A stretch of 64,000 nucleotides of DNA from Aequoribacter sp. (GTDB taxonomy: Bacteria > Pseudomonadota > Gammaproteobacteria > Pseudomonadales > Halieaceae): NCBI RefSeq assembly GCF_049615385.1, contig NZ_JBMZFL010000009.1; one strand, written 5' to 3'. Positions 20,295-27,969 of this stretch are shown here, piece after piece. Within the stretch, counting starts at the first letter, position 1; each line of letters starts with the position of its first letter. The translations under genes were made by a program, and so were the position numbers. A model generated the notes under the pieces. The model was given only the letters and a program-made list of their open reading frames with translations. It was not told the origin of the DNA and ran no database searches.

Positions 20295-20918
20295 ATGAAC
20301 GGGCTAGTCAGAGTCATCGTAGTAATCGTGTTCAGTTGCGCCAGCGTTTTGGCTTGGTCTGAGGACCTTAAACAAGTCATTGCAGACTGGGAGATTGCTA
20401 ACTTCACGCTTGATGGCGATGCGCAAAAACAGGCCTTTGATGCCTTGCTTGAACGCGCTGAAGCCCTGCGTTCTGCACCCACGGCAACAGCAAAGAACTT
20501 GTTGTGGGCAGGCATCATCGAGTCGTCGTACGCCGGGGAAATAGGGGGCTTGAATGCTTTGGGTCATGCCAAGCAGGCCAAAAAAGACTTCGAGTCGGCC
20601 TTGAAAGCGGACGATCCTGATGTGACGCCGGCGGCGTTAGCGAGCTTGGGGACTCTGCATTCCAAAGTGCCTGGCTGGCCCATTGGCTTTGGTAATGACA
20701 AAAAAGCCAGCAAGTTCTTCGAAGAGGCAGAGCAAGCAGGCGCTGCCAACTTGGATTTTTACATGCTGTACGCTGAATACGCCTTAAGCAAGGGCGACAA
20801 GGAAAAAGCCTTGTCGTTGCTGCAGGCGTCAGAAAAGGTAGCGCCTAGATCTGATCGGCTAATTACTGATTCGGCGCGTATCGCTGAACGGGCGACTTAC
20901 TACGAGCGCTTGAATTAA
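20295..20918 (+). CDS. Hypothetical secreted helical-repeat (TPR-like) protein
   Basis: Signal-peptide-like N-terminus (VIVVIVFSCASVLAWSE). Alanine- and lysine-rich helical repeats. No catalytic motif recognised. Confidence 0.6.
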   Translation: MNGLVRVIVVIVFSCASVLAWSEDLKQVIADWEIANFTLDGDAQKQAFDALLERAEALRSAPTATAKNLLWAGIIESSYAGEIGGLNALGHAKQAKKDFESALKADDPDVTPAALASLGTLHSKVPGWPIGFGNDKKASKFFEEAEQAGAANLDFYMLYAEYALSKGDKEKALSLLQASEKVAPRSDRLITDSARIAERATYYERLN

Positions 20919-20921
20919 GAT

Positions 20922-21161
20922 TTAAGGCTTTTCCTTGGGCTCGGGCGGCGGCTCTTTCTTTAGTTTTTTACATTGAGCTGCGGCGCCGAGTGCTCGAGTC
21001 TCCATTCCTTCCATCGATTCGTCATCACCAAGCAGAACGCCGGCTACGTCATCATCGATCGATTCGCAGGGATCTTCTTGGCTAGGGTCAGTGAGCCAGG
21101 CTAAAACTGTAATCGTCAGAATCAGCAGCGCTATACTCAAGTTCCTAAGTAAGGTTTTCAT
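20922..21161 (-). CDS. Hypothetical small exported acidic protein (79 aa)
   Basis: Start chosen at MKTLLRNLSIALLILTITVLAW (ATG 21161) with GGAGG about 13 nt upstream. Acidic core with two Cys and a proline/lysine-rich tail (KKEPPPEPKEKP). The longer 126-aa ORF-track version is unlikely. Confidence 0.45.
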   Translation of the reverse strand: MKTLLRNLSIALLILTITVLAWLTDPSQEDPCESIDDDVAGVLLGDDESMEGMETRALGAAAQCKKLKKEPPPEPKEKP

Positions 21162-21405
21162 TTGTGGTTTGTCGCCTCCGGCGTCTGACATGTAATTAAT
21201 TATTGCATAGGTTGGAACCTCGTGTGCGGTTATGCTTTCAAGTTTCAGGAGTAATTTAAGTGTGAGGCGCTGATGCCGCCGGTGGGCTATACGGCGGCGC
21301 AATCAGAATGCTAGTCACAACAATGACTCGCCCACGTGTGCGTATAATATATATTATGTTAAATTTAGGGTGCGAGCATCTCCCGACGTCGCTAGCCTAC
21401 AGTTT

Positions 21406-22170
21406 CTACACGTACAGTACCGCCCCTCCGTCGATTCTGAGTGTTTGTCCAGTGATAGACGCAGCCAGCGGGCTGCTCACGAAAGCCACCAGATCGGCAA
21501 CTTCTTGGCGCGTCACCATCCGCCGCGTTAAGTTTGGGAATAACTCTGCGCACACGCGCGCTTCTATTTCATCCCAGCCGCCCACCCAGCCGCGTTTACG
21601 CGCAACCTTGGCGAAGATGGTCTCGGTGTCTTCGGTTCGAATTAAACCTGGCGCTATGGTGTTGACCGTAACCCCAGTGCTTTTAAGTGCTTGCGCGTGA
21701 CTTACGGTAGCGTTACTGAGCGCGCCTTTTGCCGCGTAATACGCCGGACGCTCCGCCGCCGGCTGATGTGAGCCTATCGTGCCCAAGTGCACTATGCGAC
21801 CCCAGCCCCGAGATTGCATTGTTGGTGCGAGCGCTTGCGCCAGCCGCAGTGCAGATAAGGCGTTGGTTTGAAACATCTCTATCCATTTGTCGTCATCGGT
21901 GCTGTCCCAGGTGTGATTGTCGGTCGTGCCGTAGTTATTTATCAGTATGTCAGGCAACCAACTGTTGTCGTGTAGTTGGCGGATAACATCTTGTCGCCCT
22001 GCTTCGGTCCGCAAGTCGCCAACAACAGCGCGTTCGGTAATGGGTAATGTGTCTTGGCTGTGAATGACAGTTAAGCAGCCTTCGCGTGCAAGAGTAGCTG
22101 CGATTATTTCACCGGTCCTGCGATCAGCGCCGGTGATAAGCGCAAGTTTTCCGTCAAGATTTAAATTCAT
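21406..22170 (-). CDS. SDR-family oxidoreductase
   Basis: N-terminal Rossmann motif, degenerate (LALITGADRRTGEI). YxxxK (YYAAKGAL). 254 aa. Confidence 0.85.
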   Translation of the reverse strand: MNLNLDGKLALITGADRRTGEIIAATLAREGCLTVIHSQDTLPITERAVVGDLRTEAGRQDVIRQLHDNSWLPDILINNYGTTDNHTWDSTDDDKWIEMFQTNALSALRLAQALAPTMQSRGWGRIVHLGTIGSHQPAAERPAYYAAKGALSNATVSHAQALKSTGVTVNTIAPGLIRTEDTETIFAKVARKRGWVGGWDEIEARVCAELFPNLTRRMVTRQEVADLVAFVSSPLAASITGQTLRIDGGAVLYV

Positions 22171-22316
22171 GCAAAGTCTCTGATTGTCTTATAACGTATT
22201 GATTTTATGGTATTTGGCTCGCCGTTGGTGGGCGCATGGTGCAGCGTTCCACGCGACGTATTTTGACTCTTGTAGCGAGAGCATGGCGCTACAAAATTTA
22301 CGGTCCGTTTGGGTTG

Positions 22317-23060
22317 TTAGCTTACCAAAATATCTTTTACGCCACTAAAGCCGCCGTCGACGGGCACGTTGGCGGCCGTCATAAACGACGCTGCATCGCT
22401 TAGTAAAAAAGCGATTACCTTGGCGACTTCGTCTGGAGTCCCCGGCCGATTCAATGGATGCATCTTGATAAAGGCCAGCTCACCAGGCGGATAGGTGCTG
22501 ATAATGTCCGTCATGGGCGTGCTGATGTAGCCGGGGCTTACCGAGTTTACACGGATGCCATGCGCCGCATAGTCTGCTGCGAGTGAGCGCGTCAGTTGCA
22601 GAACACCACCTTTGGTGACGTTATACGGCATGTTGCCCGCACATCCGACCATGCCATATACGCTGGCGACGGTAACGATTGCGCCCTCGCCTTGCTCAAT
22701 TAACGCAGGTAATAAAGCCTTGGCTGTTAACCATGTGCCCGTCAAATTGACAGATATAGCGCGCTCCCATGCTTCGCTATCTGTCGCCAGGGCATCGCCT
22801 GGGACGGATAGACCAGCGCAGGTGACTGCGCCATGTAAGGCGCCAAAGTGCGATTTGGCGGCCGCAACCGCTTGCCCCAATTCGCCTGGCGAGGTCACGT
22901 CGGCCGTGATGTTAAGCTGCTGGTCGTCTTGTTTGGGTTCGATGGTTCGATCGACCCCCACTACTTTGCCACCTAGCGCTATTATTTGAGCTGTCGTAGC
23001 CGCTCCGATACCCGAACCCGCTCCGGTGACTAGGAATGTTTTATCTTGCAGTGAGATCAT
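22317..23060 (-). CDS. SDR-family oxidoreductase (FabG-like)
   Basis: TGAGSGIG cofactor motif. YNVTKGG catalytic YxxxK. 247 aa. Confidence 0.9.
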   Translation of the reverse strand: MISLQDKTFLVTGAGSGIGAATTAQIIALGGKVVGVDRTIEPKQDDQQLNITADVTSPGELGQAVAAAKSHFGALHGAVTCAGLSVPGDALATDSEAWERAISVNLTGTWLTAKALLPALIEQGEGAIVTVASVYGMVGCAGNMPYNVTKGGVLQLTRSLAADYAAHGIRVNSVSPGYISTPMTDIISTYPPGELAFIKMHPLNRPGTPDEVAKVIAFLLSDAASFMTAANVPVDGGFSGVKDILVS

Positions 23061-23072
23061 ATTCGGCCTTGT

Positions 23073-23690
23073 TTATAAGTAGGTAATGAGTTTGGCGAGA
23101 TCCGGGCGCGCCCTCTCTTTAAGGGGTTCTTTATTGGTTCCAATGTAGATAAAGCCTGCGAGGCGTTCATGGTCCAAAAGGCCTAGAACGCCCGCAATCG
23201 TACTATCGTAGGTCAGCCATTCGGTGATCCATTGGGCACCAAATCCAGACGCTTTGGCGGCCAACAGCAAGTTGTAGCAACACGCCCCACAGGCCAGTGT
23301 TTGCTCCCACTCAGGTGTTTTTCCGTCGTTTTTGGGGTTGTAGGCGACAGCAATAATTGTGGGCGCGCGCAACAAACGTGTCCGTTCAATATGTTGTAAC
23401 GGCTCGGGCAATTCCGAGTTTGATTGCAGAGCGACTTGAAGACAAAGGTCGCCCAAGGCATTGCGTTTGTCACCTTCAATAACGATGAAGCGAAACGGGC
23501 TCAAGCGACGGTGATCGGGAACTCGAGCGGCAATGGTAAGCATGCGTTCTAGTTCTTGCTGTGTTGGGCCGGGAGACTGAAGATTCGTGGCAAGACTCGA
23601 TCGTCGTGTCGACAGAAATTCTAGTACGGGCTCAAGATTTTCGGGCGGTGGTATTTCCTCGCCCAAGTTGTATTGCGTCCACTGTGTCAT
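23073..23690 (-). CDS. Nitroreductase-family protein
   Basis: LSTRRSS...LERMLTIAARVPDHRRLSPFRFIVI is typical of the nitroreductase fold. 205 aa. Confidence 0.85.
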   Translation of the reverse strand: MTQWTQYNLGEEIPPPENLEPVLEFLSTRRSSLATNLQSPGPTQQELERMLTIAARVPDHRRLSPFRFIVIEGDKRNALGDLCLQVALQSNSELPEPLQHIERTRLLRAPTIIAVAYNPKNDGKTPEWEQTLACGACCYNLLLAAKASGFGAQWITEWLTYDSTIAGVLGLLDHERLAGFIYIGTNKEPLKERARPDLAKLITYL

Positions 23691-23828
23691 ATCTTTCTCC
23701 TTTTTATGAGCATTCTCTATTACCTCGATTGGATTACAAGCATTTGGGTGCGAAAGTTATTCAATTTTTCGGTCTGAGTGCCGATAATTAGATGACTCAA
23801 CATGGTTTATTTTTAGGGGCGTAACTGC

Positions 23829-25532
23829 TTGAAGCTCGGACTGCCAGCACTTGCATGGATCAGTGGCTATAACGAACGCGTTTTGGCTCGGGATCTAGTC
23901 GCGTCCGGGGTATTGATCGCCACCATGGTACCCCAAGCATTAGGTTTTGCCCTAGTTGCGGGTGTCCCCGTTCAAGTGGGTTTGTACTCTGCTATTTTGC
24001 CGGCCGTCATTTATGCTCTGCTTGGTACTGGGCGAACGCTTTCCGTCGGGCCGGTGGCCATCGTTTCAATTTTAACAGCCACGACGATCAACGAAGCGTC
24101 GTCGCTGTTAAAGCTGGATCCCTTACAGGTGATGGCGACTCTGACCGTCATTGTGGGTATTTCGCTGACATTACTGGGTTTGTTTCGTTTTGGGTTTATC
24201 GCCAATTTTCTGAGTCGCCCTGTGGTGTCGGGTTTTATATCGGCATCGGGTGTCGTCATAGCGGTCAGCCAACTGCCGGCCATATTGGGCATAAGCAATG
24301 GTGGTGAAACGGTACCGGATGTACTGTACGCCTTGATTGTTAGTGATGAAATTGTCAGTCGTGAAAGTGTGTCGTTGGGGCTCTTGACGATCGCGTTTTT
24401 AGTGCTCGCTCGGCTGTTGATGATCGGCGTGATGGACGCGCTCAGCGTTGCCAAAGCCGTGACCTACTCCGCTGTCAAACTTTTGCCCTTGGTTGCACTG
24501 GTTGGCGCGTCTTATCTTGGGTTTCTGCTGGGTGTCGAAGAGCAAGGGGTGGCCGTGTTGGGTGCCGTTCCTTCAGGTGCCCCGCCACTCTCGGCCCCCA
24601 CATTAAACCCTAACCTGTGGTTGCACTTAGCTCCTCCCGCCTTCCTCATCGCTGTTATCGCCTACGTAGAGTCTATTTCCACAGCGAGGAAGCTCGCAGC
24701 GAATCGCCGTGAGCGCGTATCGCCCGACCAGGAGCTACTTGGTTTGGGCGCGGCCAATCTAGTCTCCGCATTTTCATCCGGCCTCCCCGTTGCTGGCAGC
24801 TTGGCACGATCGCTCGCCAACTATGACGCCGGCGCTCGTACGCCTCTGGCTCTAATCTTTGCAGCCTGGGGCGTCGGGTTATTTACTGTATTATTCACTG
24901 GGATCTTATCTCACGTGCCGGTTGCTGCTGTTGCTGGAATTGTTGTTGTTGCGGTGCTAGGCCCTGTGGATCTTGGAATGATTGCTCGGTCTTGGCAATC
25001 CTCGGCAGCGGACTTTGGCTCTCTCTTGGGTACGATTATTGTGACTCTGAGCTTTGGGGTTTCAAGCGGTTTGTTGGTGGGCGTTGGTTTATCGGTATTG
25101 GTGCACAACTACCGCACCTCGCACCCACACGTTGCGATCGTGGGCAAGCTCCCAGGTACGGATCGTTTTGGTGATGCCGACCGGCACGACGTGGTGACAG
25201 ACCCCTTGGTGTGCACCTTGCGTATTGACGAAAGCTTGTATTTTCCCAATGCGTCGTTTCTTGAAGATGTCGTTTATGCCGCCATATCGGCTCGGCCTCG
25301 GCTGCGTCACCTGGTACTTCTGTGCTCATCGGTCAACGCAATCGACATGAGCGCGCTAGAGACGCTGGAGATGTTAAATTATCGCCTTGCTGAACTAAAT
25401 ATTACCTTGAATTTGAGTGAAGTAAAGCCGCATGTAATGGATGAATTGCGCGATAGTGCGTTTCGTGCACGCATGACCGGCAAGATATTCCCTACCCAGC
25501 TAGAAGCTTTTGAAACACTGCGTCGAGCATGA
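23829..25532 (+). CDS. SulP-family anion permease with C-terminal STAS domain (paralogue 1)
   Basis: Multi-TM SLC26/SulP core (GRTLSVGPVAIVSIL, YVESIS) plus STAS (RIDESLYFPNASFLEDV...LSEVK). TTG start. Its stop is 2 nt from the stop of the convergent sigma54 regulator. Confidence 0.9.
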   Translation: MKLGLPALAWISGYNERVLARDLVASGVLIATMVPQALGFALVAGVPVQVGLYSAILPAVIYALLGTGRTLSVGPVAIVSILTATTINEASSLLKLDPLQVMATLTVIVGISLTLLGLFRFGFIANFLSRPVVSGFISASGVVIAVSQLPAILGISNGGETVPDVLYALIVSDEIVSRESVSLGLLTIAFLVLARLLMIGVMDALSVAKAVTYSAVKLLPLVALVGASYLGFLLGVEEQGVAVLGAVPSGAPPLSAPTLNPNLWLHLAPPAFLIAVIAYVESISTARKLAANRRERVSPDQELLGLGAANLVSAFSSGLPVAGSLARSLANYDAGARTPLALIFAAWGVGLFTVLFTGILSHVPVAAVAGIVVVAVLGPVDLGMIARSWQSSAADFGSLLGTIIVTLSFGVSSGLLVGVGLSVLVHNYRTSHPHVAIVGKLPGTDRFGDADRHDVVTDPLVCTLRIDESLYFPNASFLEDVVYAAISARPRLRHLVLLCSSVNAIDMSALETLEMLNYRLAELNITLNLSEVKPHVMDELRDSAFRARMTGKIFPTQLEAFETLRRA

Positions 25533-25534
25533 GT

Positions 25535-26854
25535 TCAGTTCAAGCTTTCAAGCTTACGATACAGGGTTCGAAGGCTGATGCCTGCTTGTTTCGCGGCAGC
25601 CTTCTTGTCGCCCCGGTGCGCGTCTAATAGCTCTGTGAAATATCGGCGCTCGAGCTCCGCCAAAGAGTAATGCGTTAACTTGCTGTTCGGATCGCTAAGC
25701 TTTTCGGCCCCACCCATGGCGATGGCTCGCTCTTTGAGAAGACGGTTAATGAGATCGTGAGCTAGTACGTTGCCATCGTTAAGAACAGAGGCCCGCAACA
25801 AGAAATTTCTGAGTTCGCGTATGTTGCCAGGCCAATCCGCCTCCTCTAATAGGCTCTGCGCGGCTTGCGTTAGGTGGTATCGATTCCCTGCTCCAAGGCT
25901 TTCTAGTATCGTGTCAGCAATGACGGGGATATCCGAGCGCCTGTCGGTAAGCCTTGGCATATGAATCGGGAACACGTTGATTCGATAATACAAGTCTAAG
26001 CGAAAAGCCCCCTCTTGCACGCGCCGCCAAAGATCGTGATGAGTGGCGCAAATCAACCGAAAATCGGTGTGTTTTGATTCGCTTGATCCGATCGGGCGGT
26101 AGCTGCCTGTTTCGATGAGTCGGAGTAACTTAACCTGTAAGTTGAGTGGAATGTCCCCTACTTCATCTAAAAAGAGTGTCCCTCCGTCGGCTGCAGAGGC
26201 CAGTCCTTGGCGTTCAAAATTAGCGCCTGTGAAGGCGCCCTTAGTGTGACCGAACAGCTCGCTCTCAAAGAGCGTCTCAGTTAAGCCTGAGCATTCTAGC
26301 GTGACCATAGGACGCTTACTGCGACCGCTTTGCTGATGAATGGCTTGAGCGATGACCTCTTTGCCCGTGCCTGACTCGCCGAGCAATACAACGGCGATAT
26401 CGCTGTCTGCCACTCTGCTTACTTGGCTGAGTACCTGACGGAAAGCTGGGTGACTGCCTGCGACTTTTACCGGCTTGTGCGTGGTCACTTTATTCTCGAC
26501 CGACCGTAGCACTTCGACGAAGTGAGTAACGTTCCCACTGTCATCACGAATCGGTGTCATTTCAACATCGACGTATTCGCGTCCTCTGGGTGTGTGGTGC
26601 ACATGCAGTACGCGTGTTTTTTGACCTGATGCCCTAGCTTGACGCATGGGGCAATCTTCTCCCGACTGATCGCAGGGTTTGTCATAGCCGTGCGATATCG
26701 CATAGCACTTCGGGGAACTCGTCAGATCGAGCTGACCGAAGGCGGATTCGTAAGCCGTGTTGGTCGCTTCTATCTCGTAATCCTTGGAAACAACAATAGC
26801 CGGAAGCTCGATGACATCGAGTAGATCTTTCGGGTTGGTGAGAGTAGATTTCAT
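25535..26854 (-). CDS. fisR: Sigma54-dependent enhancer-binding protein, FisR-like (putative sulfide/polysulfide sensor)
   Basis: N-terminal sensor domain with Cys50/Cys61/Cys68 (CYAISHGYDKPCDQSGEDC). AAA+ core (LLGESGTGKE, ESELFGHTKGAFTGA GAFTGA loop, LFLDEVGD). C-terminal Fis-type HTH (AAKQAGISLRTLYRKL). Divergent from the pdo-sqr operon. Confidence 0.85.
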   Translation of the reverse strand: MKSTLTNPKDLLDVIELPAIVVSKDYEIEATNTAYESAFGQLDLTSSPKCYAISHGYDKPCDQSGEDCPMRQARASGQKTRVLHVHHTPRGREYVDVEMTPIRDDSGNVTHFVEVLRSVENKVTTHKPVKVAGSHPAFRQVLSQVSRVADSDIAVVLLGESGTGKEVIAQAIHQQSGRSKRPMVTLECSGLTETLFESELFGHTKGAFTGANFERQGLASAADGGTLFLDEVGDIPLNLQVKLLRLIETGSYRPIGSSESKHTDFRLICATHHDLWRRVQEGAFRLDLYYRINVFPIHMPRLTDRRSDIPVIADTILESLGAGNRYHLTQAAQSLLEEADWPGNIRELRNFLLRASVLNDGNVLAHDLINRLLKERAIAMGGAEKLSDPNSKLTHYSLAELERRYFTELLDAHRGDKKAAAKQAGISLRTLYRKLESLN

Positions 26855-26873
26855 GCCGTTATTGTCACTCTTT

Positions 26874-26920
26874 TTGTCATTTTTGACAAGGCTGCCGGAT
26901 TGCTTTGCGTCATTTTTGGC
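26874..26920. promoter_or_regulatory. Putative tandem enhancer (UAS) sites for the sigma54 activator
   Basis: TTGTCAttttTGACAA perfect inverted repeat (26874-26889; core GTCATTTTTGAC at 26876-26887). A second copy GTCATTTTTGGC at 26909-26920, 33 bp (about 3 helical turns) away. An extra TTGTCA half-site at 26862-26867. They lie 75-115 bp upstream of the -24/-12 element. Confidence 0.45.
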
Positions 26921-26991
26921 TAGCCTGCTGATCGAATTTGTAAGGTGCTGTTTTTCTAAAGTTTTTTATTCACTGGATTGATATCAAGAAG

Positions 26992-27007
26992 TGGCACGGT
27001 TTTCGCA
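26992..27007 (+). promoter_or_regulatory. Sigma54 (-24/-12) promoter of the pdo-sqr-sulP operon
   Basis: TGGCACggtttTCGCA against the consensus TGGCAC-N5-TTGCW (GG and GC correctly spaced). 43 nt upstream of ATG 27050. An AT-rich, possibly IHF-bent stretch lies between it and the UAS. Confidence 0.75.
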
Positions 27008-27049
27008 TTCCTTGGAAGGAAACTCCATTCAAACCTATAGAGGTGCGTT

Positions 27050-27946
27050 ATGAACCCATTGCCATTTGAGCTTCAAACGACTCATTACCCTGAAGTCGTA
27101 CCTTTTTATGACGACGACACGAATACGTTTTCTTATGTTGTGTATCAGAGGGGCGATTCGCGATGCGCGGTGATCGATTCCGTACTGGATCTGGATTACC
27201 CGTCGGGCACGGTAAGTACAGTTGGCGCGCAGCGTATTATTGATTACATCGAAAAGCATCAGCTTGAGCTTGAATGGATTGTAGAGACGCATGTGCACGC
27301 CGATCACCTGTCAGCGGCGCCAGTATTGCAGGAGCGCTTGGGAGGCAAACTGGTCATCGGTAAGAACATCCAAGTCGTGCAGGATACGTTTGGAAAAGTA
27401 TTCAACGAAGGGACCGAGTTTAAACGCGATGGTTCGCAATTCGATGTATTAGTCGAAGACGGTGATGAACTCACCATGGGCGACCTGCAAATTAAGGTAC
27501 TGCACACGCCCGGGCATACGCCTGCGTGCATGACCTACATCATTGGTGATGCCGTGTTTGTAGGTGACACCTTATTTATGCCCGATGGCGGTACGGCTCG
27601 GGTTGATTTTCCCGGCGGCGACGCAAGAACTCTGTATCGGTCCATAAAACGTGTGCTCTCGCTGCCAGAGAATTTTCGCTTGTTTATGTGCCATGACTAC
27701 TGCCCAAATGGCCGGGCTCTTGAGTATCAAACTACGGTGGCGGCTGAGAAAAAAAGCAATATTCACGTGAACGACAAGGTCAGTGAGGACGAATTTGTCG
27801 CCATGCGTGAGGCGCGCGATGCAACCTTAGGTATGCCGCGTTTGATTTTGCCCTCGCTTCAGGTGAACATGAGAGCGGGTCACATGCCGCCGGCCGATAG
27901 CGACGGTAGAGTATTTTTGAAACTACCTGTTAACGCCTTTGTATAA
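27050..27946 (+). CDS. pdo: Persulfide dioxygenase (type II PDO, MBL fold, ETHE1-like)
   Basis: MBL metal motif HVHADH and HTPGHTPAC. N-terminal FYDDDTNTFSYVV...CAVIDSVLD, typical of bacterial type II PDOs. Adjacent to sqr and under a sigma54 promoter. Confidence 0.85.
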   Translation: MNPLPFELQTTHYPEVVPFYDDDTNTFSYVVYQRGDSRCAVIDSVLDLDYPSGTVSTVGAQRIIDYIEKHQLELEWIVETHVHADHLSAAPVLQERLGGKLVIGKNIQVVQDTFGKVFNEGTEFKRDGSQFDVLVEDGDELTMGDLQIKVLHTPGHTPACMTYIIGDAVFVGDTLFMPDGGTARVDFPGGDARTLYRSIKRVLSLPENFRLFMCHDYCPNGRALEYQTTVAAEKKSNIHVNDKVSEDEFVAMREARDATLGMPRLILPSLQVNMRAGHMPPADSDGRVFLKLPVNAFV

Positions 27947-27969
27947 TCATAATTCTAAGGGGACGTACT

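Noticed and set aside
21275-21298. GC-rich hairpin GCCGCCG-N10-CGGCGGC as a terminator or REP element
   Set aside because: There is no U-tract on either strand and no second copy in the window. It may be a weak terminator for the SDR gene but cannot be supported further.
21308-21700. 130-aa plus-strand ORF
   Set aside because: It is antisense to the SDR gene at 21406-22170, has no SD and shows shadow-frame composition.
24011-24454. 147-aa minus-strand ORF inside SulP-1
   Set aside because: It is antisense to a strongly supported membrane-transporter gene. It is a hydrophobic mirror-frame artefact.
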